Assembly (NCBI GenBank): GCA_964016885.1
Contig: OZ024740.1
Span: 257,362,001-257,426,000 of the forward strand
Reading direction: 5' to 3'
Source of the DNA: Eledone cirrhosa
Lineage: Eukaryota
DNA length: 64,000 bases
Below, one piece after another: positions 40,585 through 55,867 of this stretch. Each line of letters opens with the position of its first letter. Position 1 is the stretch's first letter. The notes beneath the pieces are model-generated. The model was given only the letters and a program-made list of their open reading frames with translations, made no database searches and was not told the origin of the DNA. Made by a program: the position numbers and the translations under genes.

Positions 40585-40990
40585 TAATGCTTAGGGGTAT
40601 TACTCCTACTATGGCTACGCCTACGACCATGTCGACTACCACCACTAACAACAACAACCACAAAAATAATAATAATAAAAGTGATGTTGATGGTGATGAT
40701 TAATGAAGACTTTTTATAAAAACCCTAGAAAATGGTATTTTCCTCATTTCTAAAAATAGCAAAACAATTGATGCTTTGGATAGGGTCAAATAGAAGTCGT
40801 TAGACATGCTCAACCAACCGTGACGCCTAAACCAATCAGCTTTAGTAATCCAGTGAAACTACACACCGATGGTCGAAATACAGTTTGCAAAACTTAACAT
40901 TCTGTAGCCTCTTTTCACTGTATATAAGGCACACAATTTACCCATCTCATTATAGTTGAAAATTGCAAACTTGACCGTCACCACAGAATA

Positions 40991-41029
40991 TGAACCTGAA
41001 GATTGCGAAAGCATGAAAGTACTTGTTCA
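40991..41029 (+). ncRNA. Minimal type I hammerhead ribozyme motif in the PLE 3' pLTR
   Basis: TGAAC CTGAAGA t TGC-GAAA-GCA t GAAA GTAC TT GTTCA: perfect stem I, GNRA-capped stem II, palindromic GTAC. Confidence 0.85.
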
Positions 41030-41141
41030 ATTAACACATAACATGTAATATTCTACCATACTATTTCATGATAATACCATTATACATTTTAAAGAATTGT
41101 AAATAAAACGAGTAAATCAGACAAAGTTGGAATTCCTTTTA

Positions 41142-41179
<38 letters not shown>

Positions 41180-41630
41180 ACTTTGATAACTTTGATAGGT
41201 TTTGGCCATGTCTAACTTAATAGCACCACCTGGTGTGTGTGTGTGGCGAGAGAGAGAGATGGAGAAAGAGGGAGAGAGACAGAGACAGAGAAAGAAAATA
41301 GTGAATACATTAACTGTGAAACATAAAAGTTCGTATCATTATTGTTTCTTGAAACCCAACGAATATTTTTACAGGTTTCTTTTCCAAAGAGTTTGTGTGG
41401 ATCATTCTCTCGTTGTAAAAGCGAAATAAACATACTATACCAACGAATATAAAACTTATCTATGGGGGTTTATATGTCACCCATTATCGTGTTGGGTTAG
41501 AGTAGAACAAGTATCAATCAATCACATTCCAGTCACTGGTGCAGCCATACGTTGGGGTTCCACTCTAGATGTGCCGCGTGTGCAGGGGCGTGTGGGGGGA
41601 GGGGCGTGTGTGTGTTTGTGCATAGAACAA

Positions 41631-41690
<60 letters not shown>

Positions 41691-41869
41691 TCACTCACAT
41701 ACATAGAAACAACAGAAAAAGACACATACACACACACTCACACATATTAACACACACATACATGCAGGAAAAGCAAAGAACTCACAGACATACACATACA
41801 CACACACACATCTGTGTGCGCACACCAGCAATATAATACGTTGATACACCCACGTGTTCAAGCACACAG

Positions 41870-42800
41870 ACTGAAGTAACGCACACCTACCAATTTCAGC
41901 CCTTTGGCACACACCTAACAAGACCCATGTCACTCATGGACCCTCCACTTTGGCCCCCATACTCAAGGCCGGACCTTTCGCCTACCACACCCAACCTATC
42001 AATCTCCACCAACACCTTTTTCCTAACTTCCTTTCCTAACTTTGACACACTACTTTCATATACTACATGTTCTTCCTCTATCCGCACCTTCCTTATGAAG
42101 GATATCTGTCCGAAACGTAAAACCCTCCTCCATTTCCTCCAATACTAATATAATATAACCTAATATAATTATATATTTTTGCATCCCTGTATTTGTTTTG
42201 TTTCATCTATCAACTATGTTTCCCAGCATACGCAACCCTCCTGCGGTACGAATGTAGATAATTAACCAGCCTTCGGATTGATTGATTTTGAACTGCTTTT
42301 GCACTGCTCCAGTTTTCAGCGACCCTCCTTTACCACTTTTCTTCTACAATTTTGTACCATTCGTTTCTCGCTCCCCTTCTCTTTCTCGCCATATATGGCA
42401 CTCCTCCTCTGTCACCTTCCTCGTTCCACCTCGCCCACAATGCCTAGACTTAAATGCTTCCTCCACCACCTCCACTCCGGCCTTAAACACTTCCTTTCCC
42501 CACTTCTTACCCCATCTGCTACCTCAAACCTGCATTTAAACTCTCATATCTCCTCTTCGCTAAAACCCGTCATTCTAGCCATGTCAAATTCCTCAGCCGT
42601 TGCTTCATCTCAATCTCATTCCCTGTAGATTTCGCCTTCATTCCACACCTTCCCCATTCTTCTCCCTCCACAGAACACATCATCACTCTTTCCCCCCGTC
42701 TTCTTATGCATGCCACTCTCCACCCCACCCTCTCCCCAATCCGCAACCTCGACCGCCAACCACCCCAAACCTTTCTTCTTGGGAGTACGTTGAACAATTG
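41870..42800 (+). mobile_element. PLE 5' fragment: pLTR with decayed hammerhead and start of the ORF
   Basis: CTTATGA AGGA-tatctg-TCC GAAAC GTA at about 42092-42119; KTRHSSHVKFLSRC..LNLIPCRFRL (42560-42645) resembles the N-terminal region at 52880-52985 (-). Confidence 0.6.
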
Positions 42801-43762
42801 ATGCACACTTGATGATTAAATATCCTTAAGAATGAAGAAAGCCAGTGATGCTTTTGGACGGCTGAATGAACGTTTTGTGCTCCAGACGAAATATCACCAC
42901 TGAAACCAAGGTATCTAATTTGTGTCCACTCCACTTTACTTTATGCTTGTGAAACGTGGGTCAACTACAGAAAGCATCACAAGAAACTGGCGAGGTTTTA
43001 CCAACAATCTCTTCGTAAAATATTAAGGGTTTGATGGAAAATTTTCGTCAGCGATTTAGAAGTTTTCAAACGTAGCAGGTGCATGAGTATAGAGAGCATG
43101 GTCTTTCAGCATCGGTTGAAGTGGTGTGGACACGTGGTCTAGATGTCTGATTATCGTATACCAAAGCAACTTCTCTACGGTGAATTGTGCGCAGGAAGGC
43201 GACCACCACACAAACCAAAAGGCGGTTCTGGGACTGTGTCAGGGGCACCTTGGCTTGCAATGAAATTTCGTCTGATGAATGGGAGAAAATAGCTGAGGAT
43301 CGTGCGAAATGGAGACGTTTGATAAAATCAGGAAATGAGAACTTTGAAACTCGTCGAAGGGAATACCAACACTGAAAAGGAAGCCGAGGAAAGGGAACTG
43401 TTTTGAACTGCCTGCTGTTGAGCAACATCTGGTTTCCCAGTACTGTGCTGGAGTTTGCCTGAGCAGAGCTGGTCTATAAGACATGAACAATATCATATCA
43501 GTAGACCTCATGTAGATTATGAACAGCCTGTTCTGAAAGTGTAGGGAATATGGTAAGAAATGTGCAAGCATGGAAGGTCTTAAAAACATATGAGAACACA
43601 GTCAGAACCAAGCAGTGCAAAGTCCCAGAGGAATCTACAGTTGCCATGTATGTACTAGAGAATGCAAATCTTTGGCTGGTTTGAAGATGCACATTCGTGC
43701 CTCATATCCTTTAGTATTTTATCAGGTGATGGCAATGCTCAAATACAAGTTTGCGGCCATCA
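42800..43762 (+). mobile_element. 3' fragment of an RTE-like LINE with C-terminal C2H2-like fingers
   Basis: TLLYACETW, LRKILRV, RLKWCGHV, RIPKQLLYGEL, WEKIAEDRAKWR, CHVCTRECKSLAGLKMHIRA. Confidence 0.82.
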
Positions 43763-43801
43763 CTTATACATATATACATCATATATACATCATACACACA
43801 C

Positions 43802-43882
<81 letters not shown>

Positions 43883-44769
43883 GAAGAGTCGGGAATCCGA
43901 CATATGAACTCTTGCCGTCAGGATCCCAACTCTTTCTTATTACCACACTCTACTATCCCAAGTATCGAGTAAAGGTGTTTTACAGCATCCATGTGTGTGT
44001 GTGTATGTGTAAACATTTTGTTTACATTTTATAAGAACTATTAGCAACATAAATAGTAAATATCAAATATTATAAAGAAACATATGAGGGCGGTGGATTA
44101 TTAGAATCTTTAAAACGTCGGTCAAAATGCTTTCCAGAGTTTAATTTCGGCTCTTTACGTTCTGAATTTATATCCCGCCGAGGTCAAATTTACATTCTTA
44201 TTTAAGGTAAAACTTTCCAACATAATTTATCATTAGAATCATGTTAAGCTACTTAGTAATGAAGTAATTAATAATTTCAGCAATTCTACAAAAATGCTTA
44301 TTAATTTAATATAATTGGGTGTGCATCATTTGAAATATGGTAACAAATCTGGTAGAATACTTTCTTCCCTACTCTCTGAATTCAAATCCGCAGATAACTT
44401 GGCTTTTTATCTTTTCGTGGTTGATAAAACAAAATAACTTATCAGTACTTTGATCGATTCTTCTCTTTCTGTTTGTCTAACTGCCCCTCATTTTTATGTC
44501 TGTGTCCTTCTTTCTACTATGCAGAAGTTGTTGGTGGTAAAATCTGTAGATGGGTAGGCTATATCGGGTATAAATACCTGGACCTCGCCATACGTCACAT
44601 CTATGTCACTATAATTTCGTGAAGAGTCGAGTCACACATAAGTGAAGGTTCAATCTTTGAATTACAGATAGAGCCCATGCTTCCATACGGTTTCGTCTAC
44701 ACAATCTCACTCACAAGGCTGTGAACTAGGCTTGTGTAAAGCTATAGTATAGAAAATTGTAATATTGAC

Positions 44770-45011
44770 CAGTGGTCCAAAATCACTGGGACACACAGAA
44801 AGAATAAAAACTTGTTTTCCCTTTTATTGACTATCACGGTCTACATTATGTTGAGTTGAGTCATATTTACAGTAAAAATTTAATAATCAAATTATATTAA
44901 ATATTAAAATTATATAATATGCACTTTATGGTTTATTGTATTTTAATACGCACGTGACTGACACCGAACCCATCTCTTGGTCCGCGGCGCAAAAAAGGTT
45001 GGGGACAACTG
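44770..45011. mobile_element. hAT/Charlie-like MITE remnant
   Basis: Termini CAGTGGTCC... and ...GGTCCGCGGCGCAAAAAAGGTTGGGGACAACTG; no clean 8-bp TSD seen. Confidence 0.5.
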
Positions 45012-48000
45012 AACCGAGGCTGTAGTAAAGACAAATGCACGAGTAAGATCGAACTTATAGTGGAATCGAACCCAGGATTTTACTATTACGAAATAAACCA
45101 GTTAACTAGCTAGCCATACTTGCTACGACCAAATCTAGGGGTGAAAATTCAAGACAGTGGAAGGATTATCTTTTGCTGATGCTGACCAAAACCAGATCTT
45201 TTGGATTCCAAAATTTATGTTAATATTACCTATTACTTCACACGCTGGAAGTATTGGTACAAAGACGCTATGAGAGTTGAAAAACGTTGCCATATTTATG
45301 GTTTAGAGACATTATTTTTTCAAATATAACATAAATTCCCATGAGTGTAGAGACAGTTGCTTCACCTTTTCCTATATGTTCGAATCTAATCAAAAGAAAC
45401 ACGGTTGTTATCACTAAATGTCGACAGTTAATAGGCTTGCTTAAAAGTATACCGAGCTAGCTACATCACACAGAAAAAGTAAAATAATTTCACAGGCAAA
45501 GCGATATACTTTCAACACAATATATTATCGCCCACCATTACCCACATCTTACAAAAGTTTATTACACACAAAAGATTTAAACACAAAAGAATGTTGCAAA
45601 AATCTGTATCAAAATATAATATAGGATGGATCTAGCTTACATTTATAGTTCGTTCGTGAAATGTGCTATAATGAAATTAAAATCAATATTTTTCATAATC
45701 CTGCCAGTTCTTCAAAAGACTAGAGTGATTGAGTTAACATTGATGAGAGGCGAATATAATCTCGTCTAAAGAAGTGCCAGGGGAAAAACAGAGATACGGA
45801 CTATAAAAGACGAACAAAATATACGTAAGTATAAACGAGTGTCACCCAATGAACTCTACAGCATTCTATTGAGCAACACACAAAGGTTTAGAATTTCCTG
45901 CATGGAAACTACCTTCACGTTATTTATTTATTTGTTTAATATGATATGGCTGTGTGGTTAAGGAGTAGGCTTCGCAACCGTTTGATTACTTGTTCATTCT
46001 CGTTGCGTGACACCGTGGATAAAACTCTTGTAATATAGCCTCGAATTCATCCATGTAGTTTGAGTGAAAGATGGTAGACGAAAACTACGTCCTTTATAGC
46101 TATAAAAATAAACGTGAATTCTTCCTTGTCACTCTGTGTCCGGTAAATACTTTGCATGTGATATGAAATTCAAGCGCGAAAGTAAATTGCGCCGATCCAA
46201 GTTCAAATTACCGCAATAACTAAAATGTTATTTTCACATTTATAAAACACAAATAATATTTTTCATAAAAACACATGTTACATGACAACCGCTTTGTACG
46301 AGATTTGTTTGGGGAGTGTTAATCTTTCTCCTTGCTACTCTATGTCACAACGGTTTTGATTGGACGGACAGCATTTAAATAAGCATCAGTCTCTCTATCT
46401 CTCTCTATATCATCAAAGGTGATGTGCTGGGCTATTTCATGCTTTTGGTTAATAATGGTTTATATAAATCTTATTCTCTTTAAACCCGTAACTCCTGTTG
46501 GAGTCGTAGGGCCCGTAGCGACAGCGTTTCTTGGGAACTTTTTAAACCTGGAGGTAAGCCCATCTCCTCTCAATGTATGAACACAGCCAATTTAGTACAG
46601 AAAATTTAAGAGAGTGACAGAGAGGTAGAATCGTCCTCAGTACTAAACTGGTCACAATTTTCAAAAGTATATCTTCGTTGTATTAGATTTAATAAACTGC
46701 AATACAAAATATGTCGGTGAAAGTCTGCATCAATTGTCTGTCAAGAAAGTGAGTTTCTCTTTTTATGCATTTCTTTACATAGATAGATACTCCACGAAAC
46801 ATTTGTGTATACACCGACAGAAGTCCCGCTTTTTCTTGATTAAGTGGCTTTCGTTTTTACCCCTCTAGCTCTTCTCCATATTTCTATTTTTTAATTTACA
46901 TCTTCGTATGGATAAATAGCGTCCGAAATGATAAGATTTTTCCTGTTACATTAAGTGGGGAATTAATATGCATGTTCAATGTACTTCATCATTTGTTCTG
47001 TTTTCTCAGTTTACTTTTCGAATACATACATATATACATCACACACATACACACACACACACACATATATATATATAAAGAGAAAAGGAGGTTCTGCGAA
47101 TATGTGTGCATACACAAGCACGTACACACATGCACACACAGACCCGGATTTGATACATTCTCATCTCATCCCAACCGCCCCCCCCCCCTCCATACACACC
47201 AACACCCATACAAGGACTATACGAAGTTGCAGCTGCAAGTAGCAGATTCGCATCCGATTGAATTTCGAGACTGTCACGAAGCACTCAATGATAGAGTATT
47301 TAAGAAATTTCTCCTCGGCGTCAAGACAAGAAGTTAGGTAATAGTGTCACTATTACCTAATAGAGGCATGTTACACATTAATACTACAACAACGAAACAT
47401 ACAGACAGGTTAAAGATAAAACTAGCCCTGCTCAATAAATATCTTCGATTGGTTTCTGGGAAAATCAGTACGTTACACTCCAAGTTGAGTAACTTATATG
47501 GAAGTCAGTAATGTATCCTAAGATGGAACGGGGATTTCCCTTCGTCAAACGGTTTTTCGTTCCGAGTATCAGCTTTCATCAGGTCTAAAATAACATATCC
47601 ATTCTACTGAAGTAGTAAATATGGCAGCGAGGTCACGTGCTCTTTCTCAAAAAGAAGAAGATCACTTCCTGTTTTGGCGGGTACATTCAAAAGTGTGAAC
47701 ATAGGATCTCTCTCTCTCTCTCTCTCTCCCTATATATATATAACGTTAGACTTTTCAATATTTCTTGTTTATGTTTCCTAATATTAAATTTTGAGTATTG
47801 AATGTTCTACTTCGTATCACAAATCAGAATTTATTTTCTTGTATATATGCACGAACCTCGTTATGTATGCGCATATACAAGATGCCGGTTTAGTGCTTTC
47901 TTTTAGTGCAAATTCCTTTGTTTGAATTCTACTACCAATCATGTGTTTTAGTCTGCGATAAAATCTTCCTCTTTTCATTAGAGGCAGAGTGAGGGAATGC

Positions 48001-49001
48001 TTTAACTGCTTAGTCAGTAGCGATGGCTAACTCACACTGCGCGGACCTATCGTATGATTCTGGAAACGCTACTGAAGACGTCTAATATCCCGATTACGTA
48101 ATTATCAGCTGATTTTGTGTGATTTTCTAAACAGTGTGGACGTAATATCTGCATTTGTAAAGTTATATTACACAGAAACGACATTGTCCAGGAGATGAGA
48201 TATATACTTGTATCTTTACCAAAACACAGCCAATGTATCTGCTATTAACTAAATGTGTGCAGTTTGAACAGATACTTGCAGCTGCATCACTGCAATTCGC
48301 CAGATTCATTGAGTGAGCGAGACGCTGCTCGGATGACGCTGAATTTCTACCAGCGATCTTAGTTACTTTTATTATATATACATATATATATATATATATT
48401 AAAACTAATCCGATCTCCGGAAACAGAATGGGGGTTAAGAGGGGAGCACTTCCGATTTTCTAGTCTCGGGGGTTTCTTCAGTGCGAGTAGCAGATGCGGT
48501 TACACATAAGCACCTCTCAACCGTTTAAAATTATAGAAATGCAATCCCTTGATCCCGAAGGACGTTCTGATCCTTCATCATTTTGTATTGTTGTGGAATG
48601 CTTACTTAAGTGATCACCAATTTACAAATCCACCATTCCAATGAGAAATGGCTGTGTGAAAGAGCACCCCTTGCACCCCCTCCAAAAAAACATAAATGAA
48701 TACCGCCAAAAAATTCTCTCACAAAAGTTCCCTGGATGTAGCCAGATCCATAACTCCAACGACGCTAAGACATTGTATATACTGAAGTTTTGTAAATATT
48801 TTATAATTTTAGTATTATTTCCTTAATTACTTTCTATATTTAGATATTCTAAATAATTATTTAAAAGTATTTTATGCAATATTTAAATAACCTTTAACAC
48901 CTTTTATTCTAGGGAAAATTGACATGACGATAGGTGACTCTAGGCGACTTATGATGAGTTTGCAGTACATTACAGACCGGGGTGATTGGTGGGAGGCCGC
49001 T

Positions 49002-49660
<659 letters not shown>

Positions 49661-50449
49661 ATCTCTCTCTCTCGCGCGCGCGCACTCTCTCTCTCTCCTT
49701 CTCTATCTCTCTCTCGCGCGCGCACTCTCTCTCCCTCTCTCTATATATATTGAAGTAAGCAAGATAAAAGAATGAAGGTTGCATGATAATAAACCTTATT
49801 CACATATGGCAATTGTTTATATCGAGCAGCGCAAGGGGTAATCATTGTGACCAGGCCTAGACCTCTCATCGGCAGCTCTTTGTACCTGTTTTCTTTTATT
49901 TACACTATGCAGATTGCAACCTCACTTAACCCTTAACTACATGGAAGTATAAAGACAGCAGTCAACAGACCAATGGAACTGCATTGAGTGCGCTGACTGG
50001 CGATTCACCCGTAACTTTCGTTTCATACCGCCCTATTATATATATATATATATTTGTGTGTGTGTGTGTGTGTGTGTCTGTGTGTGTGTGTGTGTGTGTG
50101 TTTGCTCTTTGTCCCATTTAATAGTGCTTCGACAGAAAATGTCGATAAAATAAATACCAGTCATAAAAATAGAACTAGAAATATACATACATTTACAAAT
50201 ATACATACATTTCACACATTAATATATCTTAGGAACCGGATTGATTCGAACAATCAAGGCTTATTACTTTGTCAGGAAGCGGCGAGAAGTCTGCTAAGAA
50301 GAACTTAAATATATATCTCAAAGAAAATACATATATATACATACAAACAATGTGTTTAGAAACACGTATGCTTACATACACAAATCCATAAATAGATATA
50401 CATGTACACGAACATACATAGGCACACGCACGCACACACACCCACATAG

Positions 50450-50506
<57 letters not shown>

Positions 50507-51479
50507 GCGTTGTTGTTTTTTCGAAAGTCTTCATGAATAAATGGTTTGTTGTGCAATGGAATCTTCTAGTGGCTTTGTGGTGCCAAACTGTCCGGGCCAC
50601 TTCGTAGAAGACCAAAGTTCAATCAAAATCACTTTACAAGTCAATTTCTGTGTGCGTGTATAAACACCCCCACACACACACATATATATATAAGGTGTAA
50701 TAGTTTACTTTAGGCATTGTGGAATATGAAAGTGAAAAGTGGCTATGTTTAGCAAGCTGTACAATGCAAGCGTTTATCAGAGAGCGTCTAAAGGTACTTC
50801 TGCACTCGCATTGTAGAGCTTACTAAAGCCACCCACTTTTCAAATATATATGCAAAAGGCAAACAGAAATAAAGCAAATGACACAGTACAATGAAGGTAA
50901 TATATTATTAGTTTTACACTTGATATAGTAGGAAAAGAGTGTTAACATTTCGGAAGCTAGTCATTCATCAGAAAATAGAATGAAAAATAAAAATGGATAT
51001 AAAAAATTAAGGAGACGGGCAGTGGCAGAAACGAAAAAAAAAGTCTGATAAAATAACAGGTACATTCTTGTCACCATCTGAAGGAAAATTGTTGATGCTG
51101 GCGTTTTGTGTAAAATAAACTTGTTTTAAAATGTGGTGATCGTGCGCGTCTATCTGAAATGGAAAAGAAAACATATTTTGTATATAGAGCTTTACGTATA
51201 TGTGTGCGCAATTTGTGTGTCTGTGTGTGTTTGTATACATCCGTACGAAGCTAAGAGTATATGTGTGTGTATATGTAAATATAATTGTATCTGTGTGCAT
51301 GATTGTGCATACCAATGTGTGTTTTATAAGGGTGTGCATGCGTTAGTTGTTGGTCTGTACAGAGCTGTGAAGGAAAATGTAGAAATCTGTCTGTTTTCTG
51401 TTGGTCTTTATAAGCTGTAATAATGTGTGTTTCGGACCATAACAAGGCCATAGGATCCTAGTGGATGAATGTATGCGCA

Positions 51480-53100
51480 CGTATGTGACAATAGACTGTG
51501 TAAGAGAGAGTTACAGAGGCTAGTGATGGAGTAGTGGGTGAGGGGGAAAGGAAGACATAGAGATATTAAAAAAATTGGACTGAAGAGCTGGAGACAGAGG
51601 AGGTGAAGGTGAGGGCAGGATGAAAAGACTGGGAACGAACAAATTGGTGGAGTTATGGCCCATTACTGTACTTTTAGTTACCCCAGAGACCTGGATGTTA
51701 TAGTGGCGGTCGGTTACTAGGTGTGCGAGAAGGGTGTCAATATATTGGGAGATAATTTCGGTAGGGCAGTTACAGGCTGAAATGATAGGGCGGCCGAGAT
51801 CATCGGGCTCATGTAACTAGGGGAGGAAGCAGATGGTGGCTGTACGAGGGAAGCGTAATATAAGTTTAGTAGCAGTTGGGGGGTAGGTGAAAGGAAGTGA
51901 TAAGTTGACGAATGTTGGTGGACACGGGCTGTTAGTAGCCTGGGCTGGGGTCAGAATATAAAGGCCGGTAAAAATGGGTATTGTGCAGATGGCCTCACTC
52001 TGCGCGCCACGCCACCATTGTACCAGCTTTATCGGCGGGATTCATGAGAATGTCATCGTGGCGCCTTAAGATGCACAGAACACCGTAGGCTGTATAGAAC
52101 GTAGGCTGCACAGTTCAGCTTGAGTGGGATTGGTGCGACGAAAGTGCTTCTGGAAATAAAAGCGTTTCAATGTACGTCGATAAGTCTCCACGAATGTATC
52201 AAGGAAGTTGAACTGCCCAGAATTCGGGGTCCACAGTGATTTTTAGCAGATTAGACTTGTGAAGCAGTCTATTTGGGCCGATGATGGTGTTTTATAGAAA
52301 ATTGTCTGAAACTTCAGCTGACGTAAGAACCATTCAACCTCAGCACGTTTTCGGAACTCGTCTCACGTGGATGTATGGGGTATGAAACGCGAACCACTCG
52401 CGAGGAAGGAGCGCCCCACTTCCAATAGTGACAGGTCAGGAAGTAGCTTGATAACCATGTGAAAGGTACAGGAGGAAGAGTAATTAGTGGAGGCGGAGAG
52501 GCTGTAGTGGTTAGGTGTGGCGTCAGTGAAGGGGATAAAAGTGAAGGTGGGGGTGATGAAAGAGTAAGTCTAAGGCAAAGGGTTAATACGGTTAGGGCTG
52601 AAAGTGAGGTGCGTGTGTGTGTTGACGGTAGACAGGGAGCGGAATGTGTCAAGTTTTGCCTCTTTATAGAGGTGAGAACATTGAAGGGGAGGCGATTGAG
52701 ACAGGGGATGGATTAGGTGAGGAGAGAGTGGTAAGTTAAGGAGAGATGATAGGCCTTACAGAGATCTAGGTCGGGATAACGGATTTAACAGGGGTAGAAT
52801 GGAGGATCGCCCGCATGAGATGGCGAGAGGAGCAGGATCTGTTGTGGGAGCTGAGTAGGAGGTTGGGTGGATATTGAGGCGAAAACCCCGGGAAATGAAG
52901 TGGTGATGAAGATATCTGCTGAAGAATGAGACGTGACTGTCATAGCGAGTTTTTGGTGTAAAGGAGTTTGGAGAGATGCAAAGAGGATTGCAAAGAAGTG
53001 GAGGAAGTGTTTGGGGGTGGATTGGAGCTGGTGGAGGTTTTGAAGATTGGGAATGTTGCTCTGTTTAACACATATTAGCGTGCGAAATAGAGGTTGTTAC
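51480..53100 (-). mobile_element. Old, deleted Neptune-like PLE (N-terminus and RT fragments)
   Basis: Manual minus-strand translation: LRRHDDILMNPADKAGTMVAWR, FLP*LHEPDDLGRPIISACNCPTEIISQYIDTLL, SFHPALTFTSSVS, and N-terminal TRYDSHVSFFSRYLHHHFISRGFRL. Confidence 0.75.
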
Positions 53101-53375
53101 GAAGATGATATTGATGATGATGATGATGACGATGAGAGATGGGTGTGAGGAAAGGGTGAAATCTCTCAAAATTTGAAAATGTTAAAAGAAGTTAATCTTA
53201 AAATAAGCAATCATTATGTATAAGAATATTTATGTTTAATCAACAGATACGAAATTTAGGACATAACTTATGTAATATTCATACATTATTTATTCAAAGT
53301 AATCCAACTTATTTTACTAACGGGATCAAAAAATATATTCAAGAAACAGTTCCGCACTTTTCCCTATATTATATT

Positions 53376-54602
53376 ACTAGCTGCAGTACACGATAATACC
53401 CAGGAAAGGTGGGGTTATTCACAGTTCCCAGAATGCGCCTGGAAATGCTAGTGATCCTGGATGCTCATACTGGATTTTCAATAGCAACCTTTGCTAGGTG
53501 TGTTTATGGCAGATAATTTTTTTGTGTGGAACTATCAATAGGTGTTTAAGTTATAAGTCCAGCTTTCTTAATTCAAAGTGAAAAAGCCGGGGAAGTTTGA
53601 GCTCGAAGAGTATCGAACTTATTCAACATGTATAAAAATAGCAAACTTACTGCCTTGGCGCTCAAAAACAAACACAGAACAATTGAGGAGGTCATCGCAA
53701 GTATTGAAGAAATTATAACTGAGTGAACACATTCAGGTACTGTTCAAGTACCCTGTATATCACCGTTTGTAAACCCTTTGAATGACTGAAGCAATTCAAT
53801 AAAACCATCGCGTTTTCCCCCTATAGTAGACATACCCTGAGAAAAAACACCATAATAAGTCGGATAAACAACCACAAGTGTTGACCCTAAAGAGGGCCTT
53901 GTAACGTTCACTGCTGCAAAGTGTCAATAATGGTGGAGATGTTACATTTTAATTCGTGTTAATCTTCCCACGATCCGACACCTCGAAATATCGACAAAAT
54001 AAATTCTACTCTCAAAGAGGGCATGTTACAAATAACATGCTTGGAGTACGAATATTCGTTAACATACGATTTGGATTTTATTCTTCGGACTAATGTCATG
54101 GTAAGCCAACTTCCAGGTCATTGATCATCACACTCTTTTGTAGCTTTTCACCGATTCCTGCAGTTGACCTTAATGTGACCTAAGCTTGTGCACGTATTCA
54201 GAATCCATATCAATGGATGTGATATATATATATATATATAATATATATATACGACATCTGTTCAGTCGTCAACCAAAATTAGATTGTCGTCTGCTCTGTT
54301 TGAAATTTCTTTATGTATATCTCGTTTTGGGGACTGAGTTGTGGTAGGAGGAAGCGAAGTAGTGGGAGGGTTTAACATACAGTAGTAGTATCTCCTACCC
54401 CCTCTCTCACTGAAACGTCTTCTCTTTCCCCCTCCATTGTAAAGATGTCCCCAGGGGTTCCATTATTGATTTTTATTGAAATCCAATGAGCCAATCCTTA
54501 ACATGTATGCAAAGTTTCATCAGGATCGAATCACTAGTGTAGGCACCAACTGGTTATACACAGATACACAGACAGAGAGAAATTTCTATTTATATAGTAG
54601 AT
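53376..54602 (+). mobile_element. Non-autonomous Helentron/HINE-like element (decayed)
   Basis: Starts TACTAGCTG..., ends ...GCAAAGTTTCATCAGGATCG...ACAGACAGAGAGAAATTTCTATTTATATAGTAGAT, resembling DINE-1/HINE termini. Confidence 0.45.
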
Positions 54603-55867
54603 GATAAATATTAAACATGTTGTATTGGTGCACCAACATAGTGTTATACACATATATGTACGTGTTGTATAGCGAATAATATACGAGATGTTTATGAATA
54701 ATTTGAAAACCTTTGGTTATGAATTGTTATGACTGAGACCAACTTCACACATCCTTGTCTCAGGAAAAGCAAGGGGAAGTAACTGACAACGTTGTTTCAC
54801 GCATTTTGACGGTTGTCAAGTTTTCGTATCCTCCTAGCCTCTGCTGAAATTAAAATATGCTAAAATCATATAGATTTTTAAACCTGCTCGGTTTAAATAA
54901 ATAAAATAGTATGTGTGGAGTCTGTCACCCTCTTTCTTCCTAGCTCTTACCCTCCTTTTCATCACATTTATGGCATTTATAGTCCTTTCTAATACTGATT
55001 TCGTTTTTTGTATGTTTGACTAATTTATAATTAACATATATACTTATTTGGTTTTCCATTGATATAGATATATACAGAAGGATAGGAAGAAAGATAGATA
55101 GTAAAATAGAAAGATAGATAGATATGTAGATAGATAAATAGATAGATAGATATGTTTAAATAAAATGCATTTTATTTCTAACGCACGATTTCTCCTCTGC
55201 GGTCATTTGTGTTCAAAGTGTGTCACAGTTTGTCACAGCATAGAAAATTGTTTAGTGCAATATCATGATAGACTTAACACAAAATACTAGCTTTAAGCGA
55301 ACTCAAAGCCCCCTCTTATTGAAAGATACAAATCTATCTCTAAATGTAATTTATATCACAGATTCTTAGAAAGAGACATATCAAAATATCCAAGAAGCAA
55401 TAATATGTCAGGAGAAACAATGAGATACACGCCCGAGAATGCGACGGCGTGAATATTGTACATTGGTGGAAAATGGGTTAATATCAATCGTTTGCTTAAA
55501 ATTTTCTTTAAACAAATTATTTTCTATTAGCGCGTTGCTTCAGTTTTTTTTTTCTTTTGTGAACATCGCTACAAATAACACATAATAATATGAAGCAAAA
55601 TGTCAAAGAGATGCCAAGATAGGATACGGTAATTTTATATAGAATCTCTAATACATCACTTACAGCCAAGTGTGTCAAAATAACTTCCTTGTTTTGTTTC
55701 TGTTTTAGATTTTTACAGCAATGATGTTAGATGATTGTTCACGCTGAAGTTAGTCTATTAAAAAAGTCAAACATAATAAGCTGAAGGTGTTGAAGCAATG
55801 TTAAAGATTGAACAGCAAATGAAGTGAAATGAGACAGAGAATGGAAGAAAAAAAATTAGATTTGCAT

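Larger units (their letters stand above)
37258..41145 (+). mobile_element. Near-full-length Penelope-like element, Neptune-like, inserted in (TA)n
   Basis: Broken N-terminal ORF (37260-38400), RT and GIY-YIG coding region, 3' pLTR with hammerhead; TA repeats at both ends. Confidence 0.9.

Noticed and set aside
47540-47590. Minus-strand CTGATGA...GAAA motifs here and at about 50940-50985
   Set aside because: No UH site or stem I complementarity could be built.
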